NCBI GenBank assembly: GCA_031367385.1
Contig: JANLPS010000214.1
Span: forward strand, 1-16,048
From: Archangium sp.
GTDB taxonomy: Bacteria > Myxococcota > Myxococcia > Myxococcales > Myxococcaceae
Length of the DNA: 16,048 bases
Direction: 5' to 3'
Position 1 is the stretch's first letter. Each line of letters opens with the position of its first letter. Under the pieces are notes generated by a model. That model was given only the letters and a program-made list of their open reading frames with translations. It was not told the origin of the DNA and searched no databases. Made by a program: the position numbers and the translations under genes. This document shows, in pieces, positions 1 through 6,796 of this stretch.

Positions 1-1
1 C

Positions 2-673
2 CCCGGCGATACCGCCTTCAACGTCATCGAGCACGCGTGTCGCCTGGCCGGCCTGCTCCCCGTGAGCGACGGAAACGGCCACCTGGTACTCACGAACGCC
101 GGCACGGAGCAATGCTCGACGAACCTGATTCAAGGCGAGAACGTCTTAAGCGCCAGCGTCTCGTACGATGACAGCGGCCGCTACTATCGGTACATCACGC
201 TTGGCCAAGGTCGGGGCACCGATGAGAACCACGGCGCCGCAATCACCCAAGTCACAGGCGAGGCCTTTGATCTCGGGGTGAAACAGCAGTCTCGCGTGTT
301 GATCGTGAGGCCCGAAGGCAGCGTGACTCGAGCTCAGGCGACGGTCCGTGCGGAGTGGGAGGCCGCCGTGAGGTGTGCTCGAGCCGCAACGGCAAGCGTG
401 ACCGTTCAGGGCTGGCATCAGGCCAACGGGACACTGTGGCCGTTGAATGCTCTGGTCACCACGAAGATCCCGTCGTTGGAGATCGGTACCGAGAACGCGG
501 GGATTTCGCTCCTGATTACCCAGGTGGTCCACTCGCTCTCGCAAAGCGGCGGCACGACGACGCAGCTCACGTTGCGGCGACCTGGCGCCTACGTGCCCGA
601 ACCGGTCATTCAGCCGAACAAACCCGATCACCGGTGGCAAGAACTCGAGAACCACGGCAAGGGCTTGCGCTGA
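2..673 (+). CDS. Phage baseplate hub/tail protein, Mu gp44 (P)-like; 5'-truncated by the window edge
   Basis: The frame is open from base 2: PGDTAFNVIEHACRLAGLLPVSDGNGHLVLTNAG...LIQGENVLSAS...RYYRYITLGQ...RAEWEAAVR...TVQGWHQANGTLWPLNALV...GGTTTQLTLRRPGAYVPEP. This matches the recalled Mu-P pattern (GET.F..LE.A.R..GLL..SD..G.LV.T; RA.WE...R; V.GW...G.LW..N; GT.T.L.L). Confidence 0.85.
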   Translation, partial: PGDTAFNVIEHACRLAGLLPVSDGNGHLVLTNAGTEQCSTNLIQGENVLSASVSYDDSGRYYRYITLGQGRGTDENHGAAITQVTGEAFDLGVKQQSRVLIVRPEGSVTRAQATVRAEWEAAVRCARAATASVTVQGWHQANGTLWPLNALVTTKIPSLEIGTENAGISLLITQVVHSLSQSGGTTTQLTLRRPGAYVPEPVIQPNKPDHRWQELENHGKGLR

Positions 674-693
674 GCCGACGAGCACCGCCCTCC

Positions 694-1257
694 TTAGTTA
701 GTACCGCAAGCACTCCGTATCGCTGATTCGGAGACACCAGATCTCTTCATCTCGTCGATCTGGCCGCCCGTGCACTGTTTGGTGGGTGCGCTCTCGACAG
801 CAGGGACTGTGATGACCGGGTCTCTCGTTTCGGTCACGGGCTGATGGTCAGCGGGATGGGGGAGAGCCGTTTGATCACACCCGTCATTGGAGGCGCCCGA
901 AAGAACTTCCCCGGCGCGACCCAAGTAACTGACGGAATGGCCAAGTTGAAAAGCACTGAGTACGGCCATGACCACGGCGCCTACTCCAAATCCGATAGAG
1001 AAGGCTTGATTAGTGTAGGCCGCCGGGGTGCCGGGTTGCGAGGCCGCCGCTACCGAGAACGAGCTAGACACAGCAGAGAGCCCCACGGCTGAGACTGCGC
1101 CCCAAATTGCCCTCGATTGTGAATTTGCGGCGCACGTCATTGTCGTACCGGCCACGTACTCACGCGACTGGGGTCCACCCACGTGCGAGTCGAATGTTGC
1201 GCACGACATCAACGAAAGAACGGCAAGGCTACCCAGCACGCCCACAGTTTTGGTCAT
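694..1257 (-). CDS. Hypothetical membrane lipoprotein (187 aa), island cargo
   Basis: Signal peptide with lipobox-like LMSC (MTKTVGVLGSLAVLSLMSC), two hydrophobic small-residue-rich segments, a Pro/Thr linker, and a C-terminal CTGGQIDEMKRSGVSESAIRSAC helical motif. A promoter-like element lies just upstream. Confidence 0.7.
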   Translation of the reverse strand: MTKTVGVLGSLAVLSLMSCATFDSHVGGPQSREYVAGTTMTCAANSQSRAIWGAVSAVGLSAVSSSFSVAAASQPGTPAAYTNQAFSIGFGVGAVVMAVLSAFQLGHSVSYLGRAGEVLSGASNDGCDQTALPHPADHQPVTETRDPVITVPAVESAPTKQCTGGQIDEMKRSGVSESAIRSACGTN

Positions 1258-1634
1258 TTCTCGGAGGCTTGCACGGGTGCTCTTGGCGTCAAGAAAAACC
1301 GGCCTGCGAAGCTATTTCTCAGTTCGTTTAACACCTGAAGTTCGTTGGCCGGGAAGCTCGTGTCACCTTCAAACCGAGCCGCTTCAACGCCAATCTTTCG
1401 CAATTGGGCGAAGCTCAACCCTACTTCTCCGATATCGCCGAGACGGGGGGCAATCGTGCTGATGAGCGCGAGCAGCTCGTGTTCAACCAGCGTGTGTAGA
1501 TGCGCGATACGCCCGACGTTTGAGTGATCAAGTGCCGTTCGACGACCATGTTTCGCCGCGAAAGCCAGCGCTCGCTTGTTCATGTCTTCGCGCAGCGCGG
1601 CAACAAATTCAGGGTCTAGATCTTCATTGGCCAT
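1254..1634 (-). CDS. Hypothetical helical protein, HEPN/MtlR-like; probably 3'-truncated (possible pseudogene)
   Basis: GRIAHLHTLVEHELLALI...LSFAQL...LQVLNELRNSFAG resembles the recalled H(L/T)..EH.L...LSF.QK...LN.LRN.FAH pattern. The expected His is Gly and the ORF ends 15 codons later. Confidence 0.5.
   Translation of the reverse strand: MANEDLDPEFVAALREDMNKRALAFAAKHGRRTALDHSNVGRIAHLHTLVEHELLALISTIAPRLGDIGEVGLSFAQLRKIGVEAARFEGDTSFPANELQVLNELRNSFAGRFFLTPRAPVQASEK
1265..1292 (-). promoter_or_regulatory. Putative sigma-70 promoter for the lipoprotein gene, possibly leaderless
   Basis: TTGACG (1292-1287), a 16-bp spacer ending in TGc, then AAGCCT (1270-1265), 7 nt before the ATG at 1257. No Shine-Dalgarno sequence. 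Confidence 0.4.
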
Positions 1635-1770
1635 GGGCAGTCGACGAGCCTCGACGGTCTTGCTGACCGGGTCACTCGAAATCTAAGCCGCCCCATAGCC
1701 AGGGAGGGGACGCCCTGAGATCGTCGAACCTGAGGCAACGTCGAGCCTCGATTCTGGCTCTCCAGACATG

Positions 1771-1790
1771 AAAACGCCCCTCACGGGGCG
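1771..1790 (-). terminator. Intrinsic terminator downstream of the 81-aa ORF
   Basis: Minus strand CGCCCC-GTGA-GGGGCG-TTTT: a perfect 6-bp GC stem, 4-nt loop and short U tract, about 27 nt after the stop at 1818. Confidence 0.6.
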
Positions 1791-1817
1791 GGTGCTGCGT
1801 TCGAGCTCAGGCGAGGC

Positions 1818-2063
1818 TTACTCGGCGAGCGCCACGTTGACCGACAGGGTGCACTGCACCGCACCGGCTTGGCCGTCGAAGGCAACGCAGACGTCAGTGG
1901 CGCCGTCGCCGTACACGGCGCCCTGGCCGAAGAGCACCCCGCCACGCGTGCCCCGCGCGATGGTCACGCCCGTTTCGTCATCGGTGATCACCTCGGTCGC
2001 GTAGACAAACTGCGCGGGGATCGTGACGTATGCGACGGGGCCGGCGAGGTCTGCGGTGGTCAT
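1818..2063 (-). CDS. Small hypothetical beta-rich protein (81 aa)
   Basis: ATG to TAA, strongly G/C-ending codons, followed by a terminator hairpin. No family recognised. Confidence 0.6.
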   Translation of the reverse strand: MTTADLAGPVAYVTIPAQFVYATEVITDDETGVTIARGTRGGVLFGQGAVYGDGATDVCVAFDGQAGAVQCTLSVNVALAE

Positions 2064-2157
2064 GGTGCGCTTTCAGGTGGGCGAGCCCGAGAAGATTCCC
2101 GGCTGAAAGCACCATCACTCGAGAGCCCACGTAGGGCGCAAGGGTCTGCCGAAGATA

Positions 2158-2179
2158 TGCCACCACGGTTGCCACCACG
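2158..2179. repeat. Tandem direct repeat TGCCACCACG x2 (12-bp period); candidate tyrosine-integrase arm-type binding sites
   Basis: Exact copies at 2158-2167 and 2170-2179, about 85 bp beyond the tRNA 3' end. Confidence 0.65.
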
Positions 2180-2207
2180 ACGGGCATTCGGGCCCTGGAG
2201 AGACAAG

Positions 2208-2238
2208 AAAAAAGCGGTCGGAGTGACTCTCCAACCGC
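2208..2238 (-). terminator. Intrinsic terminator after tRNA-Val
   Basis: Minus strand GCGGTTGGAG-AGTCA-CTCCGACCGC-TTTTTT: a 10-bp stem with one G-U pair and a 6-U tract. Confidence 0.85.
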
Positions 2239-2263
2239 CTGCGCTTATTATCGATTTTCTTGT

Positions 2264-2335
2264 TGGGCACAGAAGGTTTCGAACCTTCGACCCCCGCCGT
2301 GTGAAGGCGGTGCTCTACCGCTGAGCTATGTGCCC
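2264..2335 (-). tRNA. tRNA-Val (anticodon CAC); CCA end not encoded
   Basis: GGGCACA-TA-GCTCAGCGGTAGAGC-A-CCGCC-TTCACAC-GGCGG-GGGTC-GAAGG-TTCGAAA-CCTTC-TGTGCCC-A folds as a canonical cloverleaf. The anticodon is at 2303-2301 and the gene is followed by ACA. Confidence 0.97.
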
Positions 2336-2406
2336 TACTCCCTCAATCGCGGCGGTGAAAACCATGACCACCCCGCCGAGTCAACGCCGAAAGCGACGCC
2401 ACGCGC

Positions 2407-2676
2407 TCAGAGCCCTGACAATTTCTCATTCAGCGACGCCACGCGCCGCCGCAGTGACCCCAGGCTCTTGCCCAGGTCTTTGAAGTCGCTCTTCGTCGCG
2501 AAGTTGAACCCGTGCATCACCACCCGCTGGCCCTTGTCGAAGCGCTGCTTGCTCCGCTGCACGGCTCCAATCGCGCTGGCAATCTGGGTCGCCCGCTTCT
2601 CATCCGCGAACAGGCGCTCCATCGCCCGCTGCGACAAGCCCAGCGCCCGCTTCTTCAGTGAACTCGCAATACCCAT
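2407..2676 (-). CDS. stkC: StkC-like small basic coiled-coil protein (89 aa; PhaE/phasin-like C-terminus)
   Basis: ATG at 2676 follows GAGGGGG, 2 nt after the SCP2 stop. The FATKSDFKDLGKSLGSLRRRVASL motif is PhaE/phasin-like. It is the third gene after Hsp70 and SCP2, as in the recalled Myxococcus xanthus stk operon. Confidence 0.75.
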   Translation of the reverse strand: MGIASSLKKRALGLSQRAMERLFADEKRATQIASAIGAVQRSKQRFDKGQRVVMHGFNFATKSDFKDLGKSLGSLRRRVASLNEKLSGL

Positions 2677-2678
2677 GG

Positions 2679-3071
2679 TCACACCCCCTCGCGAACGGCC
2701 AAAAGCCAGCGTTCAGCCAGCCCCCGGTACCCCATGCGCGAGACGATTTGCTGCAGGTCGCCTCGCACCTCCAGGCGCTTTTGCACAATGGCCGCTATCG
2801 GGTCCAGTCTCCCCGCGATGAGCTCGCCCCAGGTGGCCAGCGAAGCCCTTGCCATCGACTGCACCCCCTTGGCCTCGAGCGCCTGCGCCGTCATCAACAC
2901 CGGGTCGCCCAGCCGCTCATTCACCGGAGCCGCCAGCCACACCCCCACCTCGTCGACGAACAGCCCGACATCGCCCTTCCACCCCTCCAGGGCATCGGGA
3001 GCGTCAGGGTCATCGTTGAAGACCTTCGCCGCCGCCTGGCACCACTCGGGCGAGAAATACGCTGCCATCAC
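2679..3071 (-). CDS. stkB: SCP2 sterol/lipid-binding domain protein (StkB-like)
   Basis: FSPEWCQAA...FNDD N-terminus and the SCP2 signature ATWGELIAGRLDPIAAIVQKRLEVRGDL. The start overlaps the Hsp70 stop (ATGA). Confidence 0.85.
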   Translation of the reverse strand: MMAAYFSPEWCQAAAKVFNDDPDAPDALEGWKGDVGLFVDEVGVWLAAPVNERLGDPVLMTAQALEAKGVQSMARASLATWGELIAGRLDPIAAIVQKRLEVRGDLQQIVSRMGYRGLAERWLLAVREGV

Positions 3072-4678
3072 CCGCCACCGAAGATGCGTTTGATGCTCGA
3101 GAACAGGCCCCCTTTTTCGGCCGCCTCGCGTTCTTCGTGTTTGGGCCGCTTCGCCAGCTGCTCCGCCAACGCCCGCTTGAGCACCTCAGGCGTGTCGCGG
3201 GTCGCAAGCTTGACCTGCCGAGGCTCTCCGGCGTCTTCGACCACCACCTGCAGCAAGCACTCGTCATCGAGCTTGAAGTCGATGCGCTTACCCGTCGCGG
3301 CCGAGGGCAGCTTGACCGTGCCCAAATACTCGTTGTCGACGATGAACTCGCTGTCGCCCTGAAAAATATCGATCTCGACGAACGGGTTGCCCGGCTTCTG
3401 CGGAGGCGGCACCCGAAAGCTCTTCGTCGTCGGAACCCGATGATTCTTGTCGATGATCTTGCGAAACCGGCCCGTCGGCAGGCCATACCCAATCGGCATC
3501 GAGAGCGCGTCGATCAAGGTCACTGAGTCAATGTCATCCATCGACTCCCCGAGCAGCGCAGCGCCCAAGGCCACGCACTCATCGGGGTGCACGCCCTTCC
3601 TCGGAGCCCTCCCGAAGTGCTCTTGAAGGCGCTGCTGCACCAGCGGCATGCGGCTCTGCCCGCCAACCAGAATGATCTCGTCGATCGTCGAACGAGGAAT
3701 GCCCTTCTCAGTCAAAACCTCGTCGCAAATTTCGAACGTGCGATCGACCAGGTCTTTGGTCAGCGAGTTGAGCTGCTCCCGCGACACCGCGACCCGCAGA
3801 TCAACCGGTTTGCTCTTGCGCTCTTCGACGTACGGCAGCTCGATCATCACGTTCTGCATCAGTGACAGATCAATCTTCGCCGCCTCAGCCCCGTTCTTCA
3901 CCCGCTGCATCGCGATCGGGCTCTGCGTCAGGTCGATCTTCGACTCCGAGCGAAACGACTCGAGCACGAAATCAATGATGCGGTTGTCGAAGTCGATGCC
4001 GCCCAAGAACGTGTCGCCCCCCGTCGCGAGCACCTCGAACACGTTGCCATTCACCTGGAGCACCGAGACGTCGAACGTGCCGCCGCCCAGGTCGTACACC
4101 AGCACCCGTTGGTCGAGCCCGCGGTTGAACCCGTACGCCAGCGCCGCGGCCGTCGGCTCATTCACGATGCGCTTCACATTGAAGCCCGCCAGCGCCCCGG
4201 CCTCTTTCACCGCCTGCCGCTGGTTGTCGTTGTAGTACGCGGGCACCGTAATCACGGCCTCGTCGATGGTGCCGCCCATGAACTGCTCGGCGATGGTCTT
4301 CACCTGACCCAACACCAGCGCCGAAATCTCAGGCAGCGAATACACCCGCCCACCGACGCTCACCGCGGCCGAGCCATCGGGCCCCTCGACGATGTCGTAG
4401 GTAAAATACTCTTTGAGATCTTGAACGATCTTCGAGTCGAACTTGCGGCCGATCAACCGCTTGGCGCCGTAGATGGTGTTGCGCGGGTTGGTGACGATCT
4501 GGTCTTTGGCGATCGCTCCGACCACCAGGTCGCCCTTCGGCGAGAGCGCGACCACCGACGGCAGAATCAAGTTGCCTTTGTCAGTGGGCACGATGCGAGG
4601 CACGCGGTTGCGCACCGACGCGACGAGGGTGTTCGTCGTGCCGAGGTCGATGCCGACGACGCGTGCCTTCTCACTCAT
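3068..4678 (-). CDS. stkA: Hsp70/DnaK-family protein, short lid-less type (StkA-like)
   Basis: GIDLGTTN, VITVPAYY, NEPTAAALAYG, DLGGGTFDVS, GDTFLGGIDFD and LVGGQSRMP motifs. It is 536 aa with a divergent linker (VTLIDALSMPIG) and no full helical lid. Synteny with SCP2 and the small gene matches stkABC. Confidence 0.9.
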   Translation of the reverse strand: MSEKARVVGIDLGTTNTLVASVRNRVPRIVPTDKGNLILPSVVALSPKGDLVVGAIAKDQIVTNPRNTIYGAKRLIGRKFDSKIVQDLKEYFTYDIVEGPDGSAAVSVGGRVYSLPEISALVLGQVKTIAEQFMGGTIDEAVITVPAYYNDNQRQAVKEAGALAGFNVKRIVNEPTAAALAYGFNRGLDQRVLVYDLGGGTFDVSVLQVNGNVFEVLATGGDTFLGGIDFDNRIIDFVLESFRSESKIDLTQSPIAMQRVKNGAEAAKIDLSLMQNVMIELPYVEERKSKPVDLRVAVSREQLNSLTKDLVDRTFEICDEVLTEKGIPRSTIDEIILVGGQSRMPLVQQRLQEHFGRAPRKGVHPDECVALGAALLGESMDDIDSVTLIDALSMPIGYGLPTGRFRKIIDKNHRVPTTKSFRVPPPQKPGNPFVEIDIFQGDSEFIVDNEYLGTVKLPSAATGKRIDFKLDDECLLQVVVEDAGEPRQVKLATRDTPEVLKRALAEQLAKRPKHEEREAAEKGGLFSSIKRIFGGG

Positions 4679-4767
4679 TCCGCCACCCGTCGTACCATGA
4701 TCGCAAAGCCTGCGGAAAAACAGGTGGTTTCTTGAGCCACACCGTGTGCGCTGCTTGAGTACGCCCC

Positions 4768-6087
4768 GTGCTCAATTGGATCTTTCTCGCCCTAATTACA
4801 GGGGCCGTCGTCACCGCCGGGTTCAATGGCAATATCTCGACCCCGGCGTTTCGTGATTCGGCCGTTTTATCGGCCAAGGGCGCGGTTGAGCTGGCCATCG
4901 GGCTCATCGGTCAAATGTCGCTCTGGCTGGGCTTCATGGGCATCCTCCGGGAGGCGGGGCTCCTGGCCTCTTTGGCCCGAGTGCTCAAGCCGGTGATGTC
5001 GCGCCTCTTTCCCGACGTGCCGCCCGAGCACCCGGCGATGGGCGCGATGATCATGAACCTGGCCGCCAACATGCTCGGCCTGGGCAACGCGGCGACCCCC
5101 TTCGGCCTCAAGGCCATGAAGGAGCTCGACACCCTCAACCGCCACCGCGGCATCGCCACCAACGCGATGGCCCTCTTTCTCTGCATCAACATCGCCGACG
5201 TCGCCTTCTTGCCCCTCGGCATGGTCGCCGTGCGCGGCACCCTCGGTTCGAAAGACTCCGCCGGCATCATCGCCCCGCACATCATCGCGATGGTCTTTCG
5301 CGTCACCTTTGCCGTCATCGTCTGCAAGCTGTACGAGCGCTCGAAGCGCTTCGCCCCCGAGAAGTACCTCGACTCGCAGCTCACCGGTGAAGCCCCCGCC
5401 GCGAGCACCATCGACATGAAAGCCGCCGAGGCCTTGGCCGCCGAGAAGCCGAAAGCACCCGGCTACCGAATCGCGCTCGCCCTGGTGATCGCCGGCCTGG
5501 TGCTGTGGGCGATTGTGCGCTCGACGCTGATCGCCAGCGCCACTGGAGGCGCCTTCGACGTCACCAAGGGCCTCTTCTCAGATTGGCTGCTGCCCCTGCT
5601 GATGGTCACCATCGTCACGGTCGGTTTCGGCCGAAACGTGCGGGTGTACGAAGCCTTCATCGCCGCCGCCAAAGAGGGCTTTCAAGTCGGAGTCACCATC
5701 ATCCCCTTCCTGGTCGCGATTCTCGTCGCGGTCGGCATGTTTCGCGCGTCGGGCGCCCTGGCCGTGGTGACCGACGCGATTGGCACTGTCACCACGCCGC
5801 TCGGGTTCCCTCCAGAAGCGCTCCCGATGGCCCTGATTCGCCCGCTCTCGGCCACCGGAGCCCTCGGCGTTGCCTCTGAGACGATGAAGGCCAACGGCAC
5901 CGACTCGTTCATCGGGTACATGGTCTCGATGCTGAACAGCAGCTCAGAGACCACGTTCTACGTGCTCGCGCTGTACTACGGCTCAGTGCAGGTGCGCGCC
6001 GTGCGGCACACCTTGGCGGCCTGTCTCACCACCGACGCCTTCGCGCTGGTGCTGACCACCCTGCTCTGCCACCTGTTCTTCAAATAA
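4768..6087 (+). CDS. Fused SpmA/SpmB membrane protein (nucleoside recognition Gate domains)
   Basis: SpmA half: MLNWIF...LFPDVPPEHPAMGAMIMNLAANMLGLGNAATPFGLKAM. SpmB half: VYEAFIAAAKEGF...GMFRASGAL...LIRPLS...SSETTFYVLALYYGSV. Confidence 0.93.
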   Translation: MLNWIFLALITGAVVTAGFNGNISTPAFRDSAVLSAKGAVELAIGLIGQMSLWLGFMGILREAGLLASLARVLKPVMSRLFPDVPPEHPAMGAMIMNLAANMLGLGNAATPFGLKAMKELDTLNRHRGIATNAMALFLCINIADVAFLPLGMVAVRGTLGSKDSAGIIAPHIIAMVFRVTFAVIVCKLYERSKRFAPEKYLDSQLTGEAPAASTIDMKAAEALAAEKPKAPGYRIALALVIAGLVLWAIVRSTLIASATGGAFDVTKGLFSDWLLPLLMVTIVTVGFGRNVRVYEAFIAAAKEGFQVGVTIIPFLVAILVAVGMFRASGALAVVTDAIGTVTTPLGFPPEALPMALIRPLSATGALGVASETMKANGTDSFIGYMVSMLNSSSETTFYVLALYYGSVQVRAVRHTLAACLTTDAFALVLTTLLCHLFFK

Positions 6088-6796
6088 TTTCAGCCGCGAT
6101 CAGCCTGGCCGCTTCGACCGGGTCGCTCGCCGCCGAAATGGGCCGGCCCACCACCAGCAGATCAGACCCCGCGCGAATCGCAGCTCCAGGGGTCTCGACC
6201 CGTGACTGATCATTGTTCGCCGCGCCCGCCGGCCGAATACCGGGAGTGCACAAGAACATGCCCGGCCCGACCACCTGCCGCACCTCGTGCACCTCGCGCG
6301 CTGAGCAGACCAGCCCCGTCGCGCCCGAATCACGCGCCAGCCGCGCCAACCGCGCCACCTGCTGCGCCGGAGTCGGCCCATCGACGCCAATCTGCCGAAG
6401 CCCCTCATCATTCATCGACGTGAGCACCGTCACCGCCAGCACCGTCGGCGGTGGGTGCCCCGCCTTCGTCGCGCCCTCAGCCACGCCCGTCACGGCCGCG
6501 CGAATCATCTCCGCGCCGCCCGAGGCATGAATCGTCACGAAGGAGACTCCCAACGCCCCTGCCCGAGCCGCTGCCAGCTCAACCGTGTTGGGAATGTCGT
6601 GCAGCTTCAAATCGAGAAACACCCGCGCGCCGAGCCGCAGAAAAGCCTCGACCGCCTTCGGGCCATGTTCGACGAAGAGCGACAGCCCCACCTTGGCCAC
6701 GCCAACATGGGGTGCGACCTTGCCGTACAGCTCGAGCGCAGGCGCCAACGCCAGATCAGCGGCGAAGGCGATGCGATTTCGCGGGTCGATGCTCAC
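6080..6796 (-). CDS. pyrF: Orotidine-5'-phosphate decarboxylase
   Basis: KVG, FLDLKLHDIPNTV, VTVLTS, TPGIRP and VVGRPI motifs. The true start is likely GTG at 6796 (MSIDPRNRIAFAAD), overlapping the upstream TGA (GTGA). The ORF track's extension to 7087 overlaps the DsbA gene. Confidence 0.96.
   Translation of the reverse strand: MSIDPRNRIAFAADLALAPALELYGKVAPHVGVAKVGLSLFVEHGPKAVEAFLRLGARVFLDLKLHDIPNTVELAAARAGALGVSFVTIHASGGAEMIRAAVTGVAEGATKAGHPPPTVLAVTVLTSMNDEGLRQIGVDGPTPAQQVARLARLARDSGATGLVCSAREVHEVRQVVGPGMFLCTPGIRPAGAANNDQSRVETPGAAIRAGSDLLVVGRPISAASDPVEAARLIAAEII

Larger units (their letters stand above)
1..2263. mobile_element. Right-hand end of a putative prophage or genomic island integrated at the tRNA-Val 3' end; probably defective
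   Basis: A phage tail gene, orphan ORFs with less GC-biased codons (694-1634), arm-site-like direct repeats at 2158-2179, and position directly 3' of the tRNA. No integrase or second att copy is visible in the window. Confidence 0.6.

Noticed and set aside
1646..1751. GAGCCTCGA occurring twice in the 1635-1770 spacer
   Set aside because: Only 9 bp and two copies in TCGA-rich, GC-rich DNA, with no array structure. Probably chance.
1978..2187. 69-aa ORF MPVVVATVVAY... and the 151-aa ORF 1869-2324
   Set aside because: They run through the arm-like repeats, the terminator or the tRNA and overlap the better-supported 81-aa ORF.
3068..4678. Calling the Hsp70 the housekeeping dnaK
   Set aside because: It is too short, has a divergent linker and substrate-binding domain, and has no grpE or dnaJ neighbours.
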